A program made the position numbers and the translations under genes. Positions 43,113 to 57,991 of a stretch of 64,000 bases of DNA are shown here, in pieces (the first letter of the stretch is position 1; each line of letters opens with the position of its first letter). The stretch spans positions 4,836,001-4,900,000 of the forward strand of contig OZ176053.1 of the NCBI GenBank assembly GCA_964247055.1, in the 5' to 3' direction. Below the pieces are notes generated by a model. That model saw nothing but the letters and a program-made list of their open reading frames with translations. It did no database searches and had not been told where the DNA came from. The DNA comes from Paragordius varius. Lineage: Eukaryota; Animalia; Nematomorpha.

Positions 43113-43599
43113 TAGGGTTGCGCATTTCATTTGACTGCTTTTTCAAAAAAGTCCAGTCAGACCCAATCAGACCATGGTCATGAGATGTCCACGGTCATCA
43201 CCACTTTTTACTTAAGTTATTGGATTGTTAAAATACTGTTCTGTCATGTTTTTTCTCAAAAAAATTGTATTATACATTTTTTTGATATTTATTATTTACA
43301 AATATTATTATTTGGCTTTTAAAATAAATCATCCACATATATTTTGATTCTTTTAATAAAATTTATTGGTTAAATTAGCATAGTTTATTATATGATAAAA
43401 AATTTACTACTTTACCATCAAAAGCGAAAAACATCATATTTTTAAAAGTTGTCGTTAAATAATGACAATAAGAATTCTTACTCGTCCATCAATTTTCAAA
43501 ATATATCCGTAAACACTTGAAGAGAAAAAATGCAAATTACGTAGTTTTTTATGCTATTTAATTATTAAAGTAAATTTCTGGAAAAACCTAAATATATAT

Positions 43600-43960
43600 T
43601 GACGTCTCCGAGCTTTTGAGCAAGCTTGCTGGAGAATGCCACTTGGGAAAAAATAAACGGACAAACTCACTAATGAATGGATCCGCAATACAATCACCCC
43701 TAAGATTAAATTACTTTAAATAATAACTAAACGGCGATTAGGCTACTTCCACGTCGTCCGCAACGTTTAAATTGGAGAAAACAATCATGCTTGGCCTGGT
43801 AGAGGGTAAGCGAAAACGATGCAGGCACAGAAAAAGATGGTCAAAACAATTAACAGACGACACTCACAATCTCCAATCTGATCAATTTATCTTCAGACAG
43901 ATCAGCCTACAGAAAATTTCTCCATGAAGCCCAGTAAAAAGTTGAATAATTAACTGCGCT
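43600..43960 (+). mobile_element. 3' fragment of an RTE LINE
   Basis: Residual KRRLGYF, LEKTIMLGLVEGKRKRCRHRKRW, typical of the RTE C-terminus. Confidence 0.65.
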
Positions 43961-44840
43961 GATTCCTTCATAGTTTAGGAAAAGTAATATAATATATCTT
44001 ACACAGGTTCGTGCCATTTTTTTAATTACGGTGAAAATCTTAAAATATTAATTTTAACTCATTTTGATTTACGATTGTTGATACTCTGGTAATATTATTA
44101 TAATAAAATTGTTATATAAAAAATTTACTAGAAAGACCAAATGAAACCGGATCCAAAAAAGAATTTTTTTATTTTACAAGTAACAAGGATTAATTATCGG
44201 TAACTCAAGTTTTGCCGTTGATATAACATTTACAGCAAATCCTAGAACATGATTAGTCATGAAAAAATGAACAAAAAGTATCGTATGGAATCGTAAGGCT
44301 AATTACAGTAATTAAAATACGACGAATGCCATATACCTTATTCACAACTAATTTGTTTAAACCACATATTTACTGGGATAAGACAATCAACGGGTCAAGC
44401 AGATATAAACTAAAAAGCTTAAAACGGAATCTGTTTTCAAAAATATTGCTTCAAACAGCGATTCAAAAATACAATATATTTTTTATTATTTATTTATATT
44501 TTTCAATATTTAATACATTTTCCAATCACCAATCCTTAAACGCATCACGAAAGCCCGACAAGTCACACCGTGACTACCAAAATCATTTTTTCATTGTTCA
44601 CGTCATCTTTAAGGTTCATCATAGCGGGATATTTTATATTGTCTATAAGCGGATGAACAAGCAATTTATTGATTTATATAATATTGGATCCATTATTGAT
44701 TGGAATATTCATTAATATCTTTCCTCAAATCTGAATAAAAGTTTGCTTCATTACCAATGTTTAGGTTTGTTTTCTTCTTTGATTTTTGTAATCGGAGATA
44801 TTATAACTTAAGCTATCTTTTTCAGTTTGAGGCTTTTGAC

Positions 44841-46785
44841 TTATATCCATATTTTTTCATTCCAAAAAGTGCGTTTGTTTAACGAGCCTTGACTGTTACG
44901 CAAAATGCTTTTAAGAGGTGCCTGTGATGTTGTATTATTTGCACAATTACTCTTGCCATGAATGGACGAAATACTTGGAGCTGGCCGCCTTCTAAAATAA
45001 ATAACAAAAAAACGATTTAAATTTTTGTAAAAAGAGATTTTCTTACAATATGAATTAAATTATACTTGTTGGTTTTGGAATCAAATGATCGCACCGATTC
45101 ATTTGCTAAATCTTGTATTTCGACAAGTTGTTTCATCAGTCTGTATTCTCTAGCTGATGTTTGAGGAACCATTTCCTTTCCTAAATATAATTAACCAATT
45201 TAAAATTAATTGATTAAACCTGAAAAATGTCATCCTATAGCACTAATAAAATGTATGCTAATGATAAATTTGATTAAAGGATGATACAATTGAAATATTA
45301 TATATTACCAGATGTCCGTATTCTCCGTAGTTCTGTCTTTAATTCATATTTATATCTCAACGTACATCCCTCTACATTCTTATATTGGCTATCGCAATTC
45401 GGAAAAACTTTCGCTTGGAAAGAATTGTAAAGTTGTGATGGATTAGCGTTATTGTTCACCATTTCACTTTCATTTGGACTTATTTCATCTATCCATCTTA
45501 CTTTCTTTCTTGATTTAGATGCAGTATTGGAGAGAGTTAGGCTTTTGTTACTACTATAATCGGAAGTATTCTCCGGTTTAGATATATTCAATCTTTTATC
45601 AAAACTTTTTTGTGTTTGATTATGCGGATGATATATATTTATAGAATCTTTAAACATTTGATTTGCTTTAGTATTTGTATAAACTTTTAATTTTAATGGT
45701 TTGGCAATCACTGGGATTATGTCCGATGGATGCAAATGGCTATCAGCCTTGTTGACCTCTTTTATTATTTGTTTTGCAATGATATTTGTAAATTCCCTCA
45801 GCCTTAATATTTTAACAATCACTGGGTTCTCCGTAGGGTGTAAAGGACTATCAGCCTTGTTGACCTCTTTTATTATTTCATTTGCAATGTTATTTGTAAA
45901 ATCCCTCAGTTTTAATGTTTGAGCTATCACTAGGCTTAGATCCGATGGGTGATTACCATCACCCTTATTGACAACTTTTATGATTTTACCTGCAATCATA
46001 TTTGTAAAATCACTCAGCCTTAATGTTTTAGCAATCACTGGGTTTAGATCCGAATGCAAATGACTATGAGCTTTGAGTTTGACATCTTTTATTATTTGAT
46101 CTGCAATGATGTTCGTAAAATCCCTCAGCCTTAATGTTTTAGCAATCACTGGGTTTATGTCCGATAGATGCCAATGACTATCAGCCTTGTTGACCTCTTT
46201 TATTATTTGATTTGCAATGATGTTTGTAAAATCTCTCAGTCTTATTATTTTCGCAATCACTGGGTTTATCTCCGATGGCGAATAGCTATCAGCCTTGTAT
46301 ATTTCTTTTATTATTTGATTTGTAATGATGTTTGTATAATCACTCAGCCTTAATGTTTTAGCAATCACTAGGTTTATCTTTGATGGGTGCAAATGACTTT
46401 CAGCTTTGTTGACATCTTTAATAATATGATTTATAATGAGATTTGCCAATTCCCTCAACCTTATTGTTTTAGCGATTACAGGGTTTATGTCCAATGAATG
46501 CAAATCAGTCTTGTATTCCTCTTTTATTATTAGATTGGCAATGATATTCGTATAATCACTCAACCTCAATGTTTTAGCAATCACTGGGTTTATCTTTAAT
46601 GGATGCAAATGATTATCAGCTCTGAGTTTGGCTTCTTTTCTTTGAATTGTGGAGATATTTGCATAATCCTTCAACTTCAATTCCGTTACGAAATTATGAA
46701 TAGGTGTAAAGTGGTATTTTGCCTTATGTGGATTTGAAATTAAATCGTTTTTGTTCGCACACAATGTGTGAGAATCAATAAACAT
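44841..46785 (-). CDS. Lineage-specific protein with nine 36-38-aa tandem repeats; large first exon (46785-45309) plus at least two small exons; 3' structure uncertain
   Basis: Uninterrupted 495-codon ORF with repeat consensus ADSHLHPSDINPVIAKTLRLRDFTNIIANQIIKEVNK. A phase-compatible donor (TCT G|gtaata) joins exons ~45066-45186 (KEMVPQTSARE...) and ~44841-44991 (RRPAPS...LKSILRN). Confidence 0.65.
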
Positions 46786-48009
46786 CTTTATAATAATTTG
46801 TAAATTTTTAGAATATTGTTTATAAATTTGCGATTGTTGTATAATATAATATAATAATGCTTAACAATATGTCAACAATCAAAATCAAACTTAGTTAAAA
46901 GAACATTAAACTAAATTTAATTAATTAACTTTAATTTTCAATAAACTTAAATAGTTTTCTATAAATAAACTTTTGAGCGAAATTTCCTTTTTTTCGGTGA
47001 TTTAAAATTATATTACGTTAATCATTTCTATCGTTTCAGAATTTAATTTATTTTAAGGGTTAGTTTTCTCATAAATACTCGTCAAAATTTATATTTAATA
47101 TAATTTTGAAGATAAAGTTTTTATAATGTCTTTAAGCGGTTTTATACCGTTTGCATCATCCTTTAAGATAGTATGAAGTACATTTCAACAAATTTTGCTA
47201 AAAAATATATTTGAAAAAAAATATGGTTTTTTAAAATATTTTTGATTGATATCAAAATTTAGCTTATAATTAACCTAATTATAAGGCAATATCGGCATTT
47301 ATGTTTTTATTTAAAGAAAACCAGGCCATTTTACAAGAGCAAAAAAATGTGACTTTTGGAACTCACATCTTAAAACCAAAATTTTAAAAATATTGTTTTG
47401 CTTTTTACATGTAGTTAATATATATTTATATATTTAGGTGATATTTTTTGAAATGAACATTTCGCTTTCAAAAAAAATATATTTAAAAATGTGCGCAATA
47501 TTTTCCATTTTCTCATAGGAAGCACCTACATCAAACCTGTAAATAGGGCGAAAACCAAAAGCACCCTATAATCATGATATATTTTCCTATCAGAAATATA
47601 TATTTCATCAAGTTATTTTTTGTGGACACGGCGTTCGTATTTCATCATTACCCCCGGCCTTAATTTTGAACGCAGTGTAATAGGAATAGCTTTTAAACAC
47701 GATGGAAATACAAACATATCATTTATAGTCCTAAATTGTAATTTTTTTTAACCAACATATAGTATTACCTTTGTAAAAAAATCATAGAAAAAAATGCGGA
47801 AAAGTTCCCAATGATTTTTTTAAGTAAAGTGAGCGCCGGAAGTCGGCCACCTACCGTTAAGGTCCCTACCCACCCGTAACGCATGAAGCTTCAGAGCAGG
47901 GCAACACATCGGATATTGGGTTTAATGTTAGTATCTACATACATAAATAGCCTTAATGTTAGGTGGTGTTAAGTTAGTATGGTTAATAAGCTATATTAAA
48001 CGAAATGTT

Positions 48010-48635
48010 AATTTCGTTAGGTATGAAAAGCAATATTTGATATTAAATAACCGTACACACAGAGTTATGATCCTTACTCCTTAAAGTAATGTCAAAGGTC
48101 TATGTCGAGTAAAATGTGGAGTTTATTTTAAGATATTATCTTTGGTGCATGATGGGTCTTCATTTGCTTTTAAATGAGTGTGGCCTCAAAGGTAGACCAA
48201 TTTTGTAGATATTGGACACCAGAAAGTTCGACGTTACCCCTCGTAAGACCACGTTTCAGCTGTATCTTCAGCTAAGACGCTAACCCGCGATAAAAACCCG
48301 GCGACCGTTCGTATGAACCAACTCTCAACTTCGGCAAAAAGAGATGCCAACGATTGGCACCCTGCTCAAATATCAACGGCTCCGACATTGCTTCCCAGGA
48401 TGTCATTGTCTACATGATTGAGTAATCCCTTCGGAGTCGGGTCCTGTATGGCTTGAGTTTACGGTACATAAACCTCTTGACATACATATAGAGATCAATC
48501 CACAACATTAATCATAATTCATTTTCAAAAAGTGTTATGAAAATAAAAGTTTATATACCTTAATCCAGCAGATATGGGGATTAACATTAAAATAAACTAT
48601 CGATCTGCATTTAAACCATTTCATCTGTTAGAGTC
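48010..48635. repeat. Unidentified ~650-bp dispersed repeat, copy 2 (uninterrupted)
   Basis: Aligns with 41970-43112 once the Helitron is removed. Confidence 0.75.
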
Positions 48636-51600
48636 AAATTTCAGGCTCAAATGAAATGCCGAAGGTTGGTCATTAGCCCTGTTCATATATCAGCGGCTCC
48701 AATGTCATTATCAATGGTTAGCAAACTGTTTCGTTTTAAATTAATCATTAGGTAACATTTTTTTCTATAATCCAAGAAATATTGTCAACAATTTTTTTAA
48801 ATAGCTTACCTCTTAACACTTGAGTAGAAGCACACACATAATTATTTACGAGTTTTTTATTCTATAGAATTTAAACATTCATCTTATTCATTAATGATTC
48901 TGGTAAATAACAATAATTTATAGTTTCTTCAATTAATTACCCATAAAAAAAGAGCAGCATTATATATCAATGGTAAATAAACCGCGGCCCAAGGGTCTCA
49001 TGAGGCTTTCAAGATTTGGGGTGCATATTAAGGCTCCAACATAGAAAGAAACTTTTCACACCAAATTTATTCTCAGATTTGAGAAGTAGTCTGACGACCA
49101 ATTTGGTTGGTCAATCATATAAATTAAATAAAGATTCCTTTATAGATGCGATAGTTAATTCAAATAGACTTATTATCTACCTTTGCACTTATACATTTGG
49201 CTGTTGATTTTTTAATAAATTAAGTTAAAAATGTTGTATGAAAATCATATAATAAATAGTCAGGAACTAAAATGGAACCGGCTCCAAAACCGTTAAATTT
49301 TAAGGAAGTCCTGTCCCCACTTTATCAGGAACGACCCTGGTTTCGGTAATTTTAACAACCACCTCGGTTCCATTCGTAAAACCAGACCGGTTACGCCACT
49401 TTTTTGAACGGGTATATATTTCCACCTTTTTATAATTAACGGTGTAATCTAATTGGGTGTGAAAAAATTGTTTTAGCTAATAAGGAAAAGACTTGACATA
49501 TATTTTTTGTCTTCGAACTTAGAGTCAGACTTGCTGGCTAAAACCTTTTAGTACCATAAAACGAGAATGACTTAACATTGTTGAAGGTGGAAAAAGAAAA
49601 ATTTAATATGATAGATTTTAATGATATAATTGATATTTCGCAATATCAAAAGCCAGAAAAATTTTTACATAAAAGATATTTTTTTTTCCTTTGCAAGTGA
49701 AATCTTTAGTTAACACTAGACAACAAATTTTAACTTTTTTTAACTGCCATTCTTGTAAATTTAAAATTTATTTCATTTAAGTACATAATTAGAATATCTG
49801 AAAAGAAAATTGGTCTAGCATTCAAGAATTATTTTATAGTAGAGTTTATCGATAATTTTTGGCCCCGATTTAACATTAAACTCGAAATTTTGAAAATTAA
49901 AAGTTTTACATATGAAGCCATGTATTTTATATTATTAGAAAGAGCGTGAAAAACTGCATCTTTTAAATGGTAGTAAGTCATTTAAATCAATCGGATGTAA
50001 AATTTATTTAATGGTCGAAATTTTCAATCCTTAAATAAGTCAAGAATATTCACAGACAAACTAATTTGAAAATCATATAAATTATTTTAATATAATTATT
50101 AGGGGTACATTAGTATTTAAATTAAAAAAATGTTTGAAAAAGCTTTTGGTTTTCTTTTTTAATTAAAATTATTATTATCATAAATATTTTACCTAGTGGA
50201 TACTAAAATGCATATTTATAACTGTAAATTTATTACATAATGGCTATAAAAGATTAAAAATACCTTAAACTTTGTTTTTATCTTTAAAATTTCGAAATTA
50301 TCAGCCTCGGGTGAGATGGTAATTTTTAAAAAACAAAAAACATAAAAATGGCGCTGTTTTGAGTGACATAAAAGCAATAAAAAGATGTTTTAATCAAAAT
50401 TCTTTTGTTATCTTTTTTGGACATTCATCACCATCTAAATAAAGTTTGAGCTATTTTCATCCATTAGTTTTAAAAATATAATAATTAAAAAAAATGCTCT
50501 CGTTTCGCGCGTTTGTCGCTCTTTGTGTCCAATATTAACTGTCGATGTAATACATATTAGTATGCATTTTGTAAAGTTTTTATTACTCTTTCAAATTATA
50601 TATTACAAATGGGCATTATTTGTATAATTTTAAAGAAAAACATTTTTTAGTAAAATTTTGATAAAGAGGGCGCATATTCAAAAAAATCAAATTAAACAAA
50701 ATTCTTCCAACGAGTTATAATTTTTATTTCAGATTTACTGTTAAAATGATATTAAATATCAAACAATGCAAAAAACTCGAATGTCAGAAAAATTTGTTGT
50801 CTAGTGATATTGAAGAAATATAAAAAATAAAAAAATTAATTATAGTTGAAGAATTTTTTGTGTTCCCCGAATCATCAATTCGCCTCATTCCTCGGGGAAA
50901 GATAACTCTACAACTTCATATTCATTATACTCTTTCAATGATTTTTCCACCGTTTTTTCTAAAAATAATGGTAGAATTAAATGACTCTTCATAATTTATA
51001 TATTAAGATATATAAAAGAAAAATTATTTGAGGATAGAAATTATTAGAGTTACATCCATCACCTCAAAATAGTAAAAAAATTTATCGCACAATACCGGCT
51101 CTTTTGTGTTTTTAAAAGCGCTAACCCATTTTACGGGTTTTAAAATGTGAGGCAGTTAAGCTTATATGTATTTAATGCACATATAAGCTTATCTATTTTA
51201 CAATAAATTAACTGGAGAAATATATTAAAATAACATGGGCAATGCGTTAATTATGATAAAAGAATGTTATACTAAAATAACGCGTAATTCCCAACACCTT
51301 GAGCCTCAAAAATCTTATACTCTATCAAGATTTTAACTACCACATCTTATTTAGACTTTTTACATATGTTTATAATTTAAAAATTATAAAAATATTTATT
51401 ATTTTTATAAAAATTTATGACACATTTTGTATTAGCCAGTGTAATTAATATTTTATTAAATAAATTGCATTATAATTCTGTTAAAATTGTATTGTAAAAT
51501 TCGCTTAGATTTACAATTATTTTCTAAATCATTTGTTCGATTATCATAAGATCAATTCAATATATGCAACAAAAACATTATTTTTATATATAATTTCCAT

Positions 51601-52517
51601 ATTATAGAATCTATTAGAATACTTATATATTTAAAAATGAATAAATTTAGTATCATATATATATATATATATATATATAATAGATTCAAAATTTATATAA
51701 CTGTCCTGTGTTATCTATGGTTTTTAGGTTACAACGTTTATTTTTTTTAATTAATGTTTTAGGCTTTTTTTAAAAAAAAAAGGGGGGGGGGGGCATAAAA
51801 GTTTTATGCTCCGGGCGCCGCAAACTCTAGTTACGCCACTGATAACTAGCAGTTATTAAGATGAGGATGAAATATTTATTGATTTAATAAATTCCATATT
51901 TGACAATTGTTTCTTTTCGCTATTAATAATTTAAATCTTGTGTTAAGCTGTGATTCAAAATTTTCTATAAGGCCTTATGTATGATAGAGAAAAGATCGAT
52001 TATAGAAATTTGATATATTTTAAATAACAGTGTATTGGTGATAGTGATACTTTTTAAAATATATATTTTATTTAAAAATCTTTTTTAAATAGTTATATAG
52101 TATTTATTTTTAAAAGAAACATTGATTTGACCTAGATCGAACCCCTTTTGAATAAAGAGGTCGAAATCACAACCCTACCCATGACACCGAAAATTGCTAT
52201 ATAAAGCTGGCAAAAACATTTGTGACAAAAGGAATGCTAAACATGGGTATTGAAAATTAAAATATACATAGTGAAACGACATATCTCAGAAATGTTTTAT
52301 ATAATTACATAACGATAAAATACCTAGTTAAAATAGTTTACAAATATAAAAGCTGATACAGTTAAATCAAAAGCAAATGTCATGAAAGAAGCTGACTACT
52401 GTAAACAGCCAACTAAAATGATTGGAGTATTTTACAAAAATTAAAACCAAAATAAAATTATTGTTATTTTGACCAAAGTAAATGCAATATAAACAGATAT
52501 AAAATTTATTATAATAT

Positions 52518-53209
<692 letters not shown>

Positions 53210-53214
53210 GATCG

Positions 53215-53222
53215 GAAAAGGA
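53215..53222 (-). promoter_or_regulatory. TCT/5'TOP initiator of RPS23
   Basis: Minus strand TCC(+1)TTTTC fits the YYCTTTYY consensus, with +1 at 53220, 11 nt upstream of the ATG. Confidence 0.55.
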
Positions 53223-56200
53223 ATTCAAAAACGATAAACCATATGATATAATATTTTTAATATTTGTATTTTAGAATACAATTCCATATTTGTTTGGAAG
53301 ATTTTTCTGCTAGATAAAAGATTATTTAAAAGTCTACTCCCTAGCATTGTCAAAACTAAGATTTTTTAAAGAACACTTTTTAAAAGCTATGTTACAGAGG
53401 TCAATGTATATATTGATTAAAAATTTTTTTTAAAATTCCCCGAAAAATTTAGAAACATTGCACCCTCAAACTGCGTAAGAAAATATTATCTGCATATGTC
53501 TTTTAGATAAAAAAATCAGAAGGAAGAGGTTTCATTTATGTTGTTTCCTACTAAATTATGATTTGATTTGCTCGATATATCCAAACAAATAGGCAGTTTT
53601 CTGATAAATGATTTTTTTAATCCCACGTTTTAAAGTTGTATAATATAATTGCTTACTCAGAAACATAATTTATGAAATATATATGTTGAGATAAATTAAG
53701 TCAAGGTTCTAACTAAATAACTTAAAAAGTGTTTAAAGTATTGGGCCAAATTAAAAACATTTTTAGCCTTTTAGGCACATATTTTCTGAAACAATATAGG
53801 CAATCTAGAATTGTACTCATTTCAAATTCCGTCGCTGTTATTTTTACCAATACAAGACGGAAATAAATCTATTATATGGTTGGAAAATTCAAATAATTAT
53901 AGTTATTTCAGATTGCATTATATCAACAAAAATTTAAATTAAAAAATCAGATGTTTAGTATAATCGTGTTTCAGAACTGCTTCAATTTTGAACTCTAGAA
54001 TTACATGTAATAAGCTTTATTATCTAAAAAAACAATGTTCGAATTTCACACCCAAACTACTTTTAAAACAGTAGTTAAATTGCAATTTAAATCTGGGTCC
54101 CAAAAAAAATTCTAATTTTCTCCAGAAGAAAATGTATTAGAGTGTTAATAAATCAAAACCAATCAATGTTTTGTTAAAAATTCCGAGGAATCTTCAACAG
54201 TATCAAATTATTTAAAACACTTTACTTTTCTTTTTTAGACAATTACATTTTGCTAAAAAGTTTGAGATGGGGATATTTTACAAAATCGCGTTTTTCAAAA
54301 ATTTCTTTTTAGTTATGTGCCTAAATGGCAAAACATTTTTAAATTTGGCCCTAATAATTTTAATACTACCTATAAGATATTTAAATTTAATGGCTCTGAA
54401 TTAACTAAACTACCCCAGAAAGTAATGAAGTATTAATTAGTGTTTTGGTAATAGCAGTCCATATCTTGATAAAAGATAATTTTTCTAATGTAAAAATACA
54501 TCAGTCCTATGGTGCAATTGGTTTTGGGTACTAGTCATTTAAATATATTTACATTTGTGTTAACTGTCCATATACACTGCTCACAAAATTGCGGATGGGG
54601 ATATAAAAATTATACTGAATAAATACCTGTGAGATAAATGCAGTGATACTCAAACCACGGCTCAGCTTTTAAACCTGATTTATTCACCAAGTTAATATAA
54701 TCTTGGAATCCATAAATGAAAGTTTGGATTAATTCAAGTATTATAAAAAATTTTATTTTCAATAAACTCCGGTTTGATTCTCCCGTTATTTATTTTATGA
54801 GAAGATTTCTGAATTTCTGATTTATTCATAACATCAATTTGAAAATTTTTATTCAAATTTGCCACACTTTGTTTGCGTTTCTGTATATATTTTCATTCAT
54901 ATTCCATATTCGTATTTTTGCTTGTTTAAATCAATAATTTATTTATTTGGTACAATTAATGATTATTATAATACAATATTGTCTATTTAACATAAATTAA
55001 TTTGAACCTGTTTTGATTATAACATTTATGACAAAAATTTCATTAATATATAATTTAACATTAAACAACGCCTGCAACGGATGGTATCTATTACTTAAAA
55101 AAGAAAATATCCGATAAAAATCGCTCTTTTAATAATCGAAGAAAAATATCTTCTGATATGAAGTTTGAAAAAATCCGCTCTTGTCTTTTTTGTCAAGCAA
55201 ACCCAAATATCCACGAAAATAAGTGCTTAGATGTGTTTCTCTAACGTTTTGACCATTCTCCAATTAATTACGATTTATAAATTTGTGTAGGCTAAATATT
55301 TGGGAGTTTCGTAGTCACCCTGTGATTAAAATATAATTTTAATAGTGTTTGCTTTTATATATAGTTTGTATAATAATGTTTTGCTTTTTGTATATAGTTT
55401 ATCGTATATTTTGGTGATATTTTTGAATAGTTCGCTTTCACCAAAAATTTTTTAGTATCATGTGTCTAAATGCGATTTTCAGATATGGACATTTACCACA
55501 AACGTTGTATAAACTTTTTTATCACTCGTAAGGCCCAATACCAAAAGCACCATGAAAATCCTAGTATATTTTTATATCGGCAGGATTTTCCATATAATCA
55601 TATAGGTTTTCCGAAAATTATCTTTATTTTTTATTTTTAGTCCCATGGAAAAATTTCAAAAAGTTATTTTTGATGAACTTAGTTTTTAGGCAAATTTTAT
55701 TTTACGGGTGATTCTTTTTCATTAATATATACAACACTATTATCTTATATACAGGCTTTTTATAAGTGCTATGTTTTTATCTAAAAATGTTTATTGAAAT
55801 TTAAATCAAATGCCTATATATTTTTCAGATTAATCCTGAACTTTTGCCATTAACCCTAAAAATAAATTGTTTCTTGACTAATTTAACTCATCATTATTAG
55901 GGATTAGAAATATTAAAGGGTAAATTTGAGTTTCAAGAGTGGGGTTATATATTTTAAATCGTTCTTAAAAAATATAGGAACTTTTAAAAATCCACCTTGG
56001 GGAAATAATTTTAATAATAATTATTTTTTCTTAAATCTTGCAAAAGATAAATAACCTAAATCACTGCGTAAATTATATTTTTGCCAATCTTTAATAAAAA
56101 TATTTTTGGTATGAATGATATGACTCATTAATTTTTGACAAACCAATGTTGGAAGATATTATAAACATATATATATAAGACAATAGTTATCATATCATTT

Positions 56201-56355
56201 ATTTTTAAATGGCAATATAATCATAAATTAATATATAGCATATATAACTTATCTAGATTCAAAGTTGCGATAAATTTGTATAAAACTTGTATTTCCCAAT
56301 TTTTTTTGCAATGTTAATTTTTTTATCATATAATTGAAAAGATCCATGGATATTT

Positions 56356-57063
56356 TTATGAAGTAATGTTAAGCATATTTTTCAAGTCTGTTTCGTTAGC
56401 ATTGGCCAAGGATTCGATGAAGGAAGGAGAGTTTGTTTCATAACTTGAACCCGATCCTGAGCCCGATTCGTCTGTTTTACATTAAAATAACCATATATTG
56501 GTAAAATATGCTAAAATCAGTATCAATCCTGATGGTTTTAATTAATTAAAAAACATTAAAAAACAATGCAATAACAATATCAATAATGGTTCTGCACATT
56601 ATAGCAATATGAAAAAAATAAAATTACTTCCAGATCCCGATGTACTACCAGAGGATGATCCACTTTCATTGCCTGTTGGGACATCCTTGAAATCAAAAAA
56701 TTTTTCCTCATAATCTACCACTATGGGCTGGCTAGTGTTTTCTAAAATGTATTTTATATTCAATTAATTCAAATATTTAAGCTGTTCAGGTTTAATTTAA
56801 ACAACTGTAATTTCCAATTTTTTAGCAGCAAATTAAGAAATACCGTCAATAGCAGCCGCTTGATTTATCGTTTGTAATGGCTGTTGATGTTCTTCAACGT
56901 CTGTTAAACTGCCCTCCTTGTTGTAAACTTCTTTTTCCTCAAAGGAATAATCGACCCATTGAAGTTGGCTGTCATCATCATCAAAATATTCGGCTGGTTC
57001 AAAGGAATCTCCGAATACTGTCACGATAAAAGCGAAAATGAGACAAATCGTGTTGAGTTTCAT
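56356..57063 (-). CDS. Secreted acidic Ser/Gly-rich protein, 149 aa; exons 56844-57063, 56628-56741, 56356-56471
   Basis: Signal peptide MKLNTICLIFAFIVTVFG-DS; both phase-1 GT-AG junctions keep the frame (220+114+116=450 nt). Contains NESGSSSGSTSGSGNESGSGSGSS and five N-x-S/T sequons. Confidence 0.8.
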
Positions 57064-57991
57064 AGTTGATTTATTGTATGGATGATAAAGTGAAAGATAA
57101 TAGATTTATGAAAAGGACAAAAATAAATTTTATTTGATTGCTTAGGAGGATGGGGTAAAGCCAAGGTTAAAAGGCTTAAATTGAAGACGACTAATAAAAA
57201 GATGAACACTAATATGGGTAGGGAGAGAGAGAGGGAGAGAGTAAATATTTTTAAATACAAAATGGTTTTAGTCGGCCGATGATACAATATTTTTACCAAC
57301 AAACACCGCGAAATTGGGACAAGGGTAAACACAAGCTCGTTACATTTAATAATAGATATAATGTTCGTTTTAGCAATTTGATTATTCCAATTACTTTCCC
57401 ACATATATATTATTTTTGGGGGAGAACTATAGGTAAGGCTAAATTTGATATGGATGTTTGGGGTTAAAATTGTTTTTTTTTTCAAACATATTTTCCCAAA
57501 GTAAATGATGAATAACCGCTTGTAGATACAAGGTCATTTATTCGCACCAGTCATTTAAATATATTATTAAATAGGTTGGGGTTATATATTTATAAATTTA
57601 ATGAAATGCGTTGTCATATAAACCAAAAATTGTAATTTATACAATGTACAAACGTGCCAGGCTTACAATATACTAAATTATAAAATTAACGAATTTGATA
57701 TGAGTAACATTATAAATTAACTAAAAAGTATGCTTTATAATGCCGAATCATACCGAACTTCAGAAAATTGTAGTGTTAAAATGCTGTATATCATTTTTAA
57801 CCAGAGTTTTGTTATACACCAGGACGAACGATAGATAGAATTTGTTCTTTATACTTTTGCGTCAACCACTAAATAAACCCATGAATGCATTCTGACCGTG
57901 ACTTAATCCCGTTAAAAAATACCATTCAAAAAAATTTGAACTTATGGCTTACGATATTTTAAATATAGAGTAATGGCATAAATTTAATATA

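Noticed and set aside
44326-44830. Further exons of the repeat-protein gene or a separate gene (a 24-nt GT-AG segment at ~44731-44754 and a coding-like minus frame ~44510-44670)
   Set aside because: I could not build a stop-free, phase-consistent model; it needs cDNA or a check for homopolymer errors.
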